Shown piece by piece: positions 1 through 12,571 of a stretch of DNA of 64,000 bases. The stretch comes from Torpedo marmorata (taxonomy: Eukaryota). The notes below the pieces were generated by a model. That model was not told where the DNA came from and made no database searches. It worked only from the letters and a program-made list of their open reading frames with translations. Within the stretch, counting starts at the first letter, position 1, and each line of letters begins with the position of its first letter. Position numbers and translations under genes: made by a program. The DNA lies in the NCBI GenBank assembly GCA_977017645.1, contig OZ360238.1, forward strand, positions 58,466,001-58,530,000. The letters are read 5' to 3'.

Positions 1-480
1 TTCCCTTTCCCTCTCCTGACTGTCACCCATCTACTCTCCTCCTGCCTCCTAGGTGTGATAGTGTCCCTGGAACTCCTGTCTATCACCCCTTCTGCCTCCT
101 GAATGATCCGGAGTTCATCGAACTCCAGCTCCAATTCCTTAACTCGGCTTGTCAGGAGCTGCAGCTGGATGCACTTCTTGCAGATGACATTGTCAGGGAT
201 ACCGCTGGCTTCCTTGGTGACCCACATTCTGCAAGAGGAGCATTCCCCTGCCTTGGCTGCTATTCCTACTGTTTATGACTAGGGGAACAAAATATATGAT
301 ATATAAAACCTGCACTTACCTGTGCCTACCTGCTGAATCCTTTTTGTTCCTTGAAAAGGGTGGCCCTTTCTTACTTCAACTCCTACTATTCATCTCCTAT
401 TACATGTTCTCGCTGAAGCCTGTTGAGCCAAAGCCTTACCTCTCTGACTCAGTCCACTCCAACGATGACCGCTCCCTTGA
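1..480 (-). mobile_element. CR1 LINE 5' region and ORF1 N-terminus (zinc-finger/leucine-zipper); runs off window start
   Basis: Minus strand of ~70-245 translates CSSCRMW...PDNVICKKCIQLQLLTSRVKELELEFDELRIIQEAEGVIDRS, typical of CR1 ORF1. Confidence 0.75.
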
Positions 481-499
481 CTCGACATCTGCTCTGTCC

Positions 500-3385
500 A
501 CGGCTTTCAACATTCAAAATGTTTCAATGAGATTCCCCCTTATTCTCCTAATTTCCAACAAGTACGAGCCAAGAGCTTTCAAAAGCTCCTCATATGATAA
601 TCCTTTCATTCCCAGAATCATCCTTGTGAACCTCCTCTAAACCCTCTCTAACGTCAGCACATCCTTTCTTAAGAGCCCAAAACTGCTCACAGTACTCCAA
701 GTGAGGTCTCACCAGTGTCTTATAAAGCCTCAACATCACATCCCTGCTCTTGTATTCTATTCCTCTTGAAATAAATGCCAGCATTGCATTTGCCTTCTTC
801 ACCACCGACTCAACATGCAAGTTTACCTTCAGGCTAACCTGCACGAGGACTCCCAGATCCCTTTGCATCTGGGTACATTCAATTTTCTCCTCATTTAGAA
901 AATAGTCTGCCTGTTTATTTCTTCTACCAAAGTGCATGACCTTGCACTTTCCGACATTTTATTTCATTTGCCATATCTCTGCCCGTTCTCCTAATCTCTC
1001 TAAATCCTTCTGCAGCCTCCCTATTTCCACACTGCCTGCTCCTCCACCTACCTTCGTATCATCTGAAAACTTGGCCACAAAGCCATTCATTCCATAATCT
1101 AAATCATTAATATACAACATAAAATAAGCAGCCCCAACACTGACCCCTGTGGAATACCACTAGCAACTGACAGCCAACCAGAATATGATCCCTGAATTCC
1201 GACTCTGCTTCCTGCCAATCAGCCAATGCTCTACCCACGCTAGTATGTTTCCTGTTATACCTAGGGCTCTTATCTTGTTAAATAGCCTCATGTGCCGCAC
1301 CTTGTCAAAGACATTCTGAAAATCCAAATACACAACATCCACTGCATCTCCTTTATTTAGCCTGCTTGCTGCTTCTTCAAAGAATTCCAATAGGTTTGTC
1401 TAGCAAGATTTTCCCTTAAGGAACCCATGCTGGCTTTGGCCGATCTTGTCATGTTCCTCCAAGTACTCCATAACCTCATTCTTGAAAATGAACTCCAACA
1501 TCTTCCCAACCACTGACATCAGGCTAACCGATCTATAATTTCCTTTCAGCTGTCTTCCTCCCTTCTTGAATAGTGGAGTGACATTGTGATTTTCCAACCC
1601 TCCAGGACCATACCAGAATCTATAAATTCCTGAAAGATCATTGCCAATGCCTCCACAATCTCTAGCACTACTTCTTTCAGAACCCGAGGGTGTAATCTAT
1701 CCGGTCCGGGAGACTTATCCACCCTTAGACCATTCAGCTTTCTGAGCACCTTCTCCCTTGAAATAGTAACTGCAGTCACTTCCCTTCCCTGGTACCCTTG
1801 GATATCCGGCACACTGCTTATGTCTTGCACAGTGAAGACTGATGCAAAGCACTCATTTTGTTCCTCTGCCATCTTCTTGTCTCCCATTATTATTTCTGCA
1901 GTGTCATTTTCTAGTGGTCCTATATCTACTCTCACCTCTTACTCTTTATCTACTTGAAGAAGATTTTTTTTAACCTCTTTGATATTATTTGCTAACCTAC
2001 TTTCATACTTCATCTTTTCCCTCATGAGTTTTTTAGTTAGCTTCTGCAAGTTTTTAAATACTTCCCAATCTTCTATATTCCCACTAATTTTTACTTCTTG
2101 TATGCCCTCTCTTTTGCTTTTACTTTGGCTTTGACTTCCCTTGTCAGCCACAGTTGTGACATTTTTCCATTTGAATATTTCCTCTTTTTTGGAATGTATT
2201 TATCCTGCACCGTCATTTCTTGTAGAAATCTATCTATTTCTGCTCAGCCGCCTTCCCTACTAGTGCCCCCTTCCAATCTACTTGGGCCAGTTCCTCTCTC
2301 ATGCCACTGTAATTTCCTTTACTCCACTGAAATACTGACACTTCTGACCTTAGTTTCTCCTTATTAAATCTCAAATTGAACTCAGTCATATTGTGATCAC
2401 TGCCCCCTAATGGTTCCTTTACTCTAAGCTCCTGAATCACCTTTGGTGCATCACACAACACCCAATTCAGTCCAGCCGATCCCCTGGTGGGCTCATCAAC
2501 AAGTTGCTCAAAAAAGCCATCTCGTAGGAATTCTACAAATTCTCTCTCTTGAGATCTAGTTCCAACCTGGTTTTCCCAATCTACTTGCATGTTAAAATCC
2601 CTCATGACTACCATAATATTGCCCTTCTGACACACCTTTTCTAGTTGCTGCTGTAATTTGTTGTCTACATCCCAGCTGTTTGTAGGTCTTTATGTAACTG
2701 CCAACAGTGTATTTTTACGTTTGCCATTTCTTAACTCAACCCACAATGATTCTATATCTTCTGATCATTTGTCATCTCTTTCTAATGACTTAACGTTATT
2801 CCTTACCAACAGAGCCACACCACCCCCTCCACTTACCTGCCTATCCTTTCAATACACTGTATATTAAGCTCCCAATGACATCCATACTTTAGCCACAACT
2901 CCATGATGGCCAGAACATCATATCTGCCAATCTGTAACTGTACTACAAGGTCATCCACTTTATTTCCTATGCTCCATACATTTAAATACAATACCTTTAG
3001 CCCTGTGTTTGTTACTTTTTTGACTCTGTGTTCTTGTTGCATTGCAACTCATCCCAATGGCTTCAATTTTTCCCTATCTGCCTATGTTCCACACAAACTC
3101 CCTACGAGCTGTCTCTACTTGTGTGTCAACTACCTCTTCCTCTGCCTCTTCATTTTGGTTCTCAACCCCCCCCCCTTGAGAATCTAGTTTAAATTCCACC
3201 CCCCCCCAACAGCATTAGCAAACCTCCCTGACACGATATTGGATCCCCTCCAGTTCAGGTGGAACCGGTCCCACTTGTACAGGGGTCACCCCTTCCCCAA
3301 AAAAGGTTCCAATGATTCAAGAACTTGAAACACTGCCTCCTGCAACATCTTTTCAGCCACTAATTTGTCTGCACTATCTTCCTTT
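500..3385 (-). mobile_element. Decayed CR1 LINE (ORF1 esterase C-terminus + ORF2 APE/RT, frameshifted)
   Basis: Collinear minus-strand ORF pieces: LKVLYLNV, DFNM..DW, PLGGSDHN, KSPGPDRLHPRVLKE, NYRSVSLMSVVGK, YLDFQNVFDKV, LYKTLVRPHLEYCEQFW. Esterase-like end at ~3190-3350. Confidence 0.9.
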
Positions 3386-4012
3386 TCTGACATTCCCTTG
3401 CTCCCCTGGACCTATTGGTTATTCTCATCTGACTAGTCCTGGTGTTTTCTGATGCAATAGTCAAGACTGTTCATTGGCAGTCCTGGATCATGCGAACGCC
3501 AGGCATTTCTCGCTAGTTATACATCATCAGGTTGTCTGCCAAGCACTGTTTTAGGAGAGCTATCATGCAGGGTGCTTGGGACTGATGCTGATTCTTCAAT
3601 ATTGATTTCCTTGATATTGAAGCATAGTTGAGTGACTTCTTGATGGTTGTCATAGCTCCATTTTATTATTGTCCTTCAAAAGACTTTAATAGAATAACAT
3701 GAACAGTTAATTTTGTATTATGTACAAGTGCCAACTAATTGGGTTATACTGTTGTTTCTTCTTGTAAAACCAAAACTATAAAAACTGAATTACTTAAATA
3801 TAAACTCGATCACTATTTTTATAGCTCAATGAGCTTGATTATAGTGGAGTTTATAAATTTGGTATCAGAGACATTAACCAGAAGCTTAGTGTGTAATTCC
3901 CCACATGTGACGCCCAGGCCAAGCACAGAATTATTTTGTGGAACGTGGCTTGTTAGTAAAGAGAAAATTGTTTTACTAAAACTTTCTACTTAGAGGTGGT
4001 GTGATATTATTA

Positions 4013-5694
4013 ATTTTTTAAAAATATTTTATTTAAAATTTTAATTCACACTGTGCAAAATGCAAAATTATCAAAATACATGTGATATATTTTCTCCCCC
4101 CCCAGCCTCCCTCCCCACCCTAACCCTCCTACCCCTACTAATCTATAAAATAGAAAATAAAGAAAGAAAAAGATATAAGGAGAATGTCAATCTGAAAAAA
4201 AAACAACTATAGACTAATTTTATTGTGGAAAATAGGATCACCAGTCAGATCTAATATCCAGAGATCTTCAAATCCTTAAACCAACCGTTTTTATATATGG
4301 GCTCCATGTTTTCAAAAAGAAATGATATTTATTACGTAAATTGTAAGTAATTTTTTCAAGTGGTATACATGAACGAAGTTCTGCATGCCACCTTTCTAAC
4401 CCTAAGTCTACATCAGATTTCCAAGTAATAGCAATACATTTCTTAGAAACAGCTAAAGCAATTCGCAAAAATTCTATTTGATACATATTTAATTTCATCT
4501 TGGTACTAATTCTTTTAATATCTCCAAATAAAAATATCATAGGATCCATTGGGAGTATAATTCTTAATACGTTATCTAAAAACTTTTTAACTTTCAACCA
4601 AAAATCATATATCTTTGGACAAAGCCATGTAGAATGTATAAAAGAACCTTCCTCTCTGTTACATCTAAAACATAAACCAGATAATGTTGGATTAAATTTC
4701 TTTAATTTTTTAGGTGTTAAATATAATTGATGGAAAAAATTATATTGCACTAGTCTGTATCTGACATTAATAATCTTAGTCATACTTAATTTACATAATT
4801 CTTTCCAATGTTCTTCATCTATTGTTACATTCAAATCTGATTCCCATTTTAATCTTGATTTGTGAATTCCTACTTTAGGCATTTTTCTCTGTAATAATCT
4901 ATACATTTGAGAAATAAATTTATTTACACCTCCATTAGTAACTAATAATTCCAGTTCACTTTGTCTTGGTAAAGTCAAACTATAACCCAACCTTTCAACT
5001 AAAAATGCTCTGATTTGATAATAAGCAAAAAGTGTATTATTTAATACATTAAACTTTTCTTTCATTCTCTGAAAAGTAATAAATTTACCAGCTTCAAAAC
5101 AATCATTTATTTTCTTAATTCCCTTTTGAAACCAAATTTTAAATAATTGATTATCATCAGTAAATGGAATAAGTTTATTTTGGTATAAAGGCATTCTTCG
5201 CGAAATTAACCCTTTCCCTCCTATCTCCTTATCCACTCTATTCCATATTTCTAACAAATGTTTAAAAATAGGAGAATTTTTCTCTCTTGTTAGTACTAAT
5301 TTGGAATTCCATTTATAAATAACTTCTTCTTTCAAATCTTCTCCTATATTATTTAATTCTATTCGAATCCAAGCAGAAGATTTTCCTGAATCAAACATTT
5401 CATTAATAAATCTTAATTGAGCTGCTTTATAATAATTTTGAAAATTGGGAAGTTGTAAACCACCCAATTCATAATTCCAAGTTAATTTCTCCATAGCTAC
5501 TCTGGCCAACTTTCCTTTCCACAAAAACTTCCTAATAATTAAATTTAAATCTTTAAAACATTTCTGAGGAATTTCATAGGGAATTGATTGAAAAAGATAT
5601 TGAATTCTTGGAAAGACATTCATTTTAATACAATTTACCCTTCCTATTAAAGTTATCGGTAAATCCTTCCAACTTTCTAAATCTTTTTTAATTT
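4013..5694 (-). mobile_element. L1-clade LINE, 5'-truncated, with uninterrupted ORF2 C-terminal half (stop at 4268)
   Basis: WKDLPITLIGRVNCIKMNVFPRIQYLFQ, GGLQLPNFQNYY and CFRC..HSTWLCPKI zinc motif. G-rich 3'UTR, AATAAA and A-rich end. Possible low-complexity TSD TATTATTA (4005-4012/5695-5702). Confidence 0.9.
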
Positions 5695-5991
5695 TATTAT
5701 TATTATTGAGTTGGAGTGAATATCTCACATTATATAAGCCTACCTAAGACTCTGGATTTCATTTGTATGAATCTGTTCTTTTATATTCGTGATAACTCCA
5801 TCTCCCTTCCTATCTGTTCATTCAGACTGCACCAGACGGTGCCCATCTTTTATATTGTGACCTTGAGTGAATTTTAACACTATGTTGCAAAATCCACTTT
5901 GCTCCAAAGAATCACCAACCTCTCATTTATCTTGTCCCTAATTTCACTTAATCTATGGGCTAAAAATTGTATCTTGTCATTTCTTTGGAAT

Positions 5992-6439
5992 TCGTCGTCA
6001 TCGTCATGGCTATCCCTCAAGGTCAAGGATGATGGTTTTCGTTCCTATGGGCTCTCAAGTGGCTTATGAGTTCAATCTTGGAAAGTGGCCCACCGAGCGA
6101 AGACGCCTGTGCGTGTATTTGTTTAACGTGTACTTAATGTTGCACTCCAAGAAGCACACGATACTTCACAAATCAACCAAATAGTTCCAATGGCATGAAA
6201 ACCACGACGATTGGAGCTGATGGATTTGTTGCAGCCTTCGTCCGCCTTCACAGCCGTTGAGATCGAAGTAACTTCATCTGCCTGTTCCACCGTTGAGGTC
6301 TTGGTTGGATTGTTCTTTGTCAGGGACCTTACTGCCATGGGTGGCCCTACCAGGAGCATAGCTCCAGGCGGCATCACTCTCAGGATATCAGGACCACACA
6401 AGCATCTCCACCACGACAAGGTGACAATCCATGGAGAAG
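5992..6439 (-). mobile_element. Short non-autonomous bipartite RTE derivative (RTE 5'UTR fused to RTE 3' end)
   Basis: Minus strand starts with RTE/BovB-like 5'UTR (CACCTTGTCGTGG...GAGCTATGCTCCTGGTAGGGCCACCCA). It ends with ORF C-terminal SKIELISHLRAH, CATCCTTGACCTTGAGGGATAGCC and a (GAC/GAT)n tail. TTTGGA flanks both sides (5984-5989, 6440-6445). Confidence 0.75.
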
Positions 6440-7059
6440 TTTGGATCACTCTAATGCTGATTGTAAAAGTCACAAGCAGGCTTTTTCACTGTTCTTGTTT
6501 GCAAGGTAGATGAGTACAGTTTATGAATTCCTGCTCTTTGTGGAAGACTGCAATGCAGGGAAACCTCTGTGCCCATTCTGCTTGCTCTTGTTAAGCTGAA
6601 GGAAAATGACATGGAGTCTTCTCTCATGGAGCTTTGGAGATCTCCCAAATGCAGCACTGGCAGCAAGATGTGGTTGAGATCAGCAATAGCTGTCCAGAGT
6701 GATCCTGTTGCTGAGAAACTGAAAGTGAAAGTCACCCTAAATTCCATGGTAAAGCAGTCAAATGACACATGAAATTATACCTTGAAATGTAGGATGTTAG
6801 GGATTGCAGTGAGGGCAAAACAAATGCAGTTTGAGTGTCGACCTTTTAAACAGTATCATTTCTGAGGAAATAGGATTAGGAAAACTTGATTGGCCTGTGG
6901 TTGAGTAGGAACTCATTTTTGCAGAGCTGTGAAGTTGAAAACTTGAGAGCAGATAATATTTGGGTGCTGTTAACGAGTACGCCGTGCGATAGAAAATAAA
7001 AATCTAACTGGAAGAGGAGGAGATTAGTTTTCTGGTGAAATGTTTGTAAAATACTTTTC

Positions 7060-8070
7060 CTTTGGGGTCAGGTGGAGGAAGATGAGTCATACAGGTTGGA
7101 GTGGGTGATCAGAAGCCAATAGCTGCCAGTGCTGAAACCTGCTCTGAAGAGAAAGTGGTATACAGAGGGACCAGATGGAACTGAAGGCGGTGGGGGGAGC
7201 GGGGGGGAGGTGTTGGAAAGAGAGAGCAGAAGAATCCAGTGGGGAGATGGAACTAGAAAGGGGATGAGAATGGGTGGGTAGTGGGTGAGAAAAGGGACAA
7301 AAAAAGAGGGGCAAAAGGAGAAGAGCAGAAGGGGTACTGAAGAAGAGAGACAGGATTCATTACCTGTAATTAGAATATTCTATGTTCTTACCATTGGGCT
7401 GTAGCCTGCCCAAGTGGAATATGAGGGGCTGTTCCACTAGTTTAAGTCGGGCCTCACTCTGGCAGTGAAGAAGGCTCAGAACAGACAGGTCGGTGTGGGA
7501 ATGCGAAGGGATTTGAAATGGCATTTAACCCAGAGCTCTGAAAGGCCATTGCGCACAGAGTGTAGATGCTCTGCGAACCGGAGGGAGGGGGTTCAGAGCT
7601 GAAGTTCCGGAGACGGAGAAAATGCAAGAGATGGCTTTATTATGCACAGTAAAGGTGAAGCCGCATTGCTGGAAAAAGGAGGATATTTCAGATGTCCTGG
7701 AATGAAAAGCCTCAACTTTGCAAAGGCGGAGTAACTGGGAGAAAGGATAGCACCCTTACAGGTGTCTGGGTGGGAGGAGGTGCGGTCGAGGTAGCTGTGG
7801 GAGTCGGTGGGTGATGTATCATCAATAACTCCAAAGACTAGAAGTTAGACAGAAACTGACAGGCTTTTAATTCACATTGGACTGGATGTACACCCCTGAT
7901 GGTCGTCTGAGCTGGAATGGGGATGGAGCTGTGACACAATAGCCTTTATTCAGGGGTCTGTGGGAGGAGCCACAGGTACAGCCAGTAAGGGGCGTGTCCA
8001 GACGACCATAAGCATATATACATGTATTTACAGTAGTTTACTACAGTGGATTTGTCATAAATGTCAGTCT
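7060..8070 (-). mobile_element. Penelope-like element remnant (RT thumb + GIY-YIG C-terminus)
   Basis: Minus strand reads TDIYDK/TDSHSYLD..SSHP..CK.AI and HSHTDLSVL.LLHCQSEA.LKLVEQ.LIFHLGRLQPNG.NIEYSNYR, followed by a pyrimidine-rich 3' region. Confidence 0.8.
7812..8045 (-). mobile_element. Solo LTR (234 bp) inserted in the Penelope remnant
   Basis: TG...CA ends; 5-bp TSD GTGGG/GTGGA (7807-7811, 8046-8050). Penelope coding sequence resumes across it. ATTAAA on minus strand near the 3' end. Confidence 0.8.
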
Positions 8071-8079
8071 ATGGCATGA

Positions 8080-8390
8080 CTCAACTTCCTCCACCTGACC
8101 CCTTTGTTTTTCTTTCCTCTCACTCCCCTTTTGTCTAGCATCTGACAATCTACTGCCTTTGTCCATCATGTTCACCAATTCCACGTGTGACCCTAGTCTC
8201 ACCCCCTCCCTCCCTTTCCTCTTTACACTGTCTTCTCAAACATATCCTTGGTCTTGATAAAGGGTTTAGGCTCAAAATGTGGACTATTCTTTTTCTCCCA
8301 CTGATTCTGCTTGATCTGCTGAGTTCCTCCAGCAGATTATGTATAACTTCAAATTACAGCATCTGCAGTATCTTGTGTGTTTCCTTTGGG
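8080..8390 (+). mobile_element. Penelope pseudo-LTR 3' segment, inverted relative to the adjacent remnant
   Basis: CTTGATAAAGGGTTTAGGCTCAAAATG...CTGCTGAGTTCCTCCAGCA...CAGCATCTGCAG; inverted pLTR arrangement is typical of Penelope insertions. Confidence 0.7.
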
Positions 8391-8469
8391 TTTAGTTCAT
8401 TTTTGCCAACACAATGCCATTCTCTTTTGAAATTGTGTGTATAAATTTCTAGCATAAATGTTTTTTTTG

Positions 8470-9320
8470 TTTCTGCAATGGCGGCGCTGCCGGAGCCGCT
8501 GTAGCGGCAGCGCTGCCGCTGGTGCGGACCCGCAGGGAGCGTGGGAGTGGAGATACAGCGCTCCCACGGGGTCCAGCCGCCCAGTCGACTACATTCGGTT
8601 CCGCACGGGCTTTGAACGGCCCGTTAAAGGAGCTGACGGTGGTTTTATTTAGGATCCCGCGACCGCGGGGTCTGCGCCCAAGATGGCAGCGCCTTTTAAC
8701 CGGCAGCAGCCACGAGGGGCTGCAGATTCCGGGGAAGCGGAGGACTGGAGCAGGGCACCAGAGGACGGGAAGATCACCCCCCTGTCTGAGAAGGAGAAGC
8801 GGAGGAGACGACCCACGGGACGGTGACCACGGCGGCGGACCGGTGAGGGGCTCTGAGGCTGAAGGACCAGTGCATGCGGCGGGCTGCTGGCGACTCAAGG
8901 CGAGGAACCCGTGGAGGCTTTGGGCTGCTGGAGACTGCTGTCGGGGGACTCACACCGGGCTGCGGACTGCTGGAGGCTGGCTCGAACTGGCTGGAGGAGT
9001 ACCAGGTATCGGAACCGGGATGCGAGGGGGTGCCGAGGGTGACCTGACCGTGTTGGAGGTTCGGATCTGGAGCTCGGGTGCCGATGGTTTGGACTGGACT
9101 CTGTGTGGCTGCGGAAGCGCTGGAGGCAAATCTATGGACACTTGGTGACTCTGGGGGGACTTTCTTTTGCTTCTCTTTCTCTGACTGTAAGGAATGTTAG
9201 AGGCGCTTAGGCAATTTCTGCCGGTGGCGAATCTGTCTGCCTTGCAGCAGGCAAAAAGAAATTTCATGGAATATGACACTGTTTTATTACTATGACAATA
9301 AATTGAATCTTGAATCTTGA
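8470..9320 (+). mobile_element. GC/CpG-rich non-autonomous retroelement with Rex1/Babar-type 3' tail
   Basis: Abrupt CpG-rich block with CAAGATGGC (YY1-like) motif at ~8679, ending GAAATTTC...TGACAATAAA(TTGAATC)n. Diverged partial second copy at ~31284-31650. Confidence 0.75.
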
Positions 9321-9434
9321 TTTCTCAGTTTGATTCAAAATTCCATCCAGACATACTAAAGTTCATTCAAAACTTTGTCTCTTGATCATAAACTCACTCA
9401 CTTATCATCAATCTACATCAAATTGTTTTTGTTG

Positions 9435-11030
9435 AACATCTAAAGCAAAGTAAATTGTGCCAGAGCATTTTAGCAGAGAATAATCAAAACAAACTTTGAT
9501 GTCAAATTACTGACAGGGACAACTGAACAGATGGTCAAAGGGGTAGATTTTAAGGAACATCTTCACAGAAGAGAGAGAAGTGTTAAAAGCAGACAGGTGT
9601 GTGGAGGGAATTCCAAAGTTTTGGGCCGAGTCAGCTGTCAGTAATCGAGCTATTAAAATCAGAGATGTTCATGAGGAAAAAAATGGAAAGGAACAGTAGC
9701 ATGGTCTTGAAGGAATGTACAGCTTATGGAGATTGAAGAGAAAGGGAGCAGTGAGGTTGCAGATAGATTTGTAAACAAAGATGGAAATTTTAAAATTGAG
9801 CATCGATAGATCAGAAGCTAATGCAGGCTTGTATGGAGGGACGGGTGATCAGGATGGTTCAAGTTGGGATTCAGGTTGCAGAGTTTTCGATGAGCTCCAG
9901 TTTTGCATTCAATGGGAGGTGGGAGCCTGATGAGGAGAGTCAAGTCAAGTCACCTTTATTTGTCGTTCATTACCATATACACAGTAAGACGAGATAGTGT
10001 TTCTCCAGGACCATGGGCAGATGTACATAAATATCATAATACAATAGAAAAACTATAACATGCTAATACACATATATATCTAGGAATTGAGGAGCCTGAT
10101 GGCTTGGGGGAAAAAACTGTTGCACAGTCTGGACGTACGAGCCCGAGTGCTTCGGTACCTCCTTCCAGATGGCAAAAGGGAAAAAAGTTTACCAAACGGG
10201 TGTGAGAAGTCCTTCACAATGTTTTTAGCCTTCCTCATGCATCGTGTGTTGTAGATGTCCGTCATGGTGGGGAGGGAGACTCCAATAATTTTCTCCGCTG
10301 ACCTCACTATCCTCTGCAGGGTCTTTCGGTCCGAGATGGTACAGTTACCAAACCAAGCGGTGATGCAATTGCTCAGAATACTCTCAATACATCCCCTGTA
10401 GAATGTAGTAAGGATAGGGGGTGGCAGATTAACTTTCCTCAGCCTTCGCAGGAAGTAAAGACGCTGCTGGGCTTTCTTGACTATGGAACTGGTGTTGAGG
10501 GACCAGCTGAGACTCTCCGCCAAGTGCACTCCAAGAAACTTGGTACTCTTTACGACCTCAACGGTAGAGCCGTCCATGGTTAATGGAGAATGATCCCCCC
10601 GGGCCCTTCTGAAGTCGACAACCAACTCTTTTGTTTTGTTTACATTCAGATGCAGGTTGTTGGTTCCGCACCATTCCATTAGCGACTGCAGCTCGTCTCT
10701 GTATGCTGACTCAACGTTCTTACTGATAAGGCCCACCATGTTTGTATCATCAGCGAACTTTATGATGTGATTCGAGCTGTGTTTTGCTGCACAGTCATGA
10801 GTCAGCAGGGTGAACAGCAATGGGCTAATCACACAGCCCTGGGGAGCCCCTGTGCTCAATGGAATAGTCATATTTAATGGTACCAAGGTGCTTCATTTTC
10901 AGTAGAAAATTAAAGCAGGCAAGGTTTAAATCGAGCAAAGTCATTGGCATGAAAGAAGATCATCTGGCTAATGAAGTAGATGTAATCAAATGCTCATCTC
11001 GATTTTACAGCAACATCAGTGTTGCAAGCA
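9435..11030 (-). mobile_element. Ancient L2-like LINE 3' remnant, split by a Rex insertion
   Basis: L2-type antisense motifs (GGTAGATTTTAAGGAACATCTT...GGAGGGAATTCCAAAG; GGAATAGTCA) on both sides of the Rex copy. Confidence 0.5.
9939..10866 (-). mobile_element. Rex1/Babar LINE 3' fragment (RT C-terminal ORF open, 10080..10866)
   Basis: [42 protein letters not shown]; (GACTT)n tail. Nearly identical to 18510-20606. Confidence 0.92.
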
Positions 11031-11599
11031 GTCTGGTTCAGCAACAATGTACTTGCTCTTTCTAATGTTGAAGGAAATTTCTATTCATGTAGCACCAGCT
11101 GACAAACACACACTGACACCTGATTCTCCAACATAGTACATTAAAAGTTTTGATCCTCTCTTAAATCTAGCAAAATTCTGTATTTGCAAAACCTCCCAGC
11201 CCTTTTTCCTGGCCTTTGCTTTCAATCTGTCAATGAGAAACTTTCATCAGCTTCAACTCTCCTTTCTGAAATTCCCACCCTAACCTTATCCTCTTTAAAA
11301 TTTATTCCACTGCATTTAAAATACTGCTTTTATTGGCTTGAGCTTCGCTGTCATTCTGAAGTTTTTTTCTATGATTGAGCATCTTCTTCTGCTCTTAAAG
11401 TGTACTTTATATTTTGAAACTGCTCTCTACCTGCATCCTTACGTGGCTGACAGTATCTTTCAATACTGTATACATTTGATGAATATTTGTCGTTTAAAAC
11501 AGATAGAATAATGTTTAGATTTTCTCTGCAAGATTTGTGGAATTTTACCTATTTAGCTCCCTTGGTATTATTTTTCTCTGTCAAATAATTGTGCATTCA

Positions 11600-11760
11600 C
11601 AGCAGGGATTTGAGCACAAAATCTGGGTTACTACAGAACTGAGAGACAGCTGAAGTGTCGGAAGTGCTGTGCTTCAGTTGAGATATTAAACTAGGGTTTA
11701 CCTGCTCTTAGAGATGGACAATTCTTCAAAAAAGAAGAGACCAATGATCTAACTTCTATC
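11600..11760 (+). mobile_element. DeuSINE (SacSINE1/AmnSINE1-like) fragment
   Basis: TTGAGCACAAAATCTGG...TGTCGGAAGTGCTGTGCTTCAGTTGAGATATTAAAC resembles the Deu central domain. Confidence 0.6.
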
Positions 11761-12571
11761 TCCTCAGATTCCCCAGAAGCTAGGATGAGAATAACAGTCT
11801 GACTGTTAATGCTGGAGAAATAGAGAATGTCTGGCATAAATTTCAAGCTTGTACGCAGTTGAATGAGGAAAACCATACGTAACAGTGAATGATGCATTAT
11901 TTTGCAGAATGCTTAAAACATTAGAATGTTTAGTTTGTTTTACTTCCTGGTTTACAGTCTGTAAGAAATCCTCATTGTGGTTGATTGATCAACAGCTTGA
12001 TAACATGACCAGTGCTGGGTGCTTGCGATCACCTTAACTTCTAGTTATAACTTACACCGAGGAAGGTGTAAACTACATGACAGAGATGGTTAAACTTTAA
12101 GGGTAGTTTTCTTAAAGTTAGGCAATGAACAACGATACTTCAAAATTGGATATTTAATTCTCACTCAATTTTAATTCCCTTTTTAAAATAATTTTTACCC
12201 AAATTAATTATTTAATCATGTTTCAATCTTGTTTACATGTAATTGTTCACTGGCAAATAGATTTTGTAAAGATCATTTCTGAAAGCACAGCAGGTCTAAT
12301 TTAAAATTGCCATCTATTTGGTTGTTGACTCCTTTACATTTCATTTCATAGTCAGACAGATGTTCTCTAATAAAACACGCTTTCAATAAAATGTGTGAAA
12401 TTCTTTCAGGTAAATATTCCTGAAAATTGAACACAATTTGTGTTAAACCAGTTACTCTCATATCTCGAATTGACTTCAAAATGAAGGCAGCAATGCTTAC
12501 AGATCGTGATTACAAAGATATTTTCCATGGAAGTTTTAAGAAAACAAGGAAACTGGAACAACTGCCTCAAG

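Noticed and set aside
6506-6772. Possible exon with acceptor at 6505 and donor near 6749
   Set aside because: In-frame TGA at 6524 and no recognisable protein.
8449-9279. ORFs of 208, 149 and 109 aa in the GC-rich block
   Set aside because: Open on both strands as expected from high GC, with no recognisable domain; the second copy does not keep one frame.
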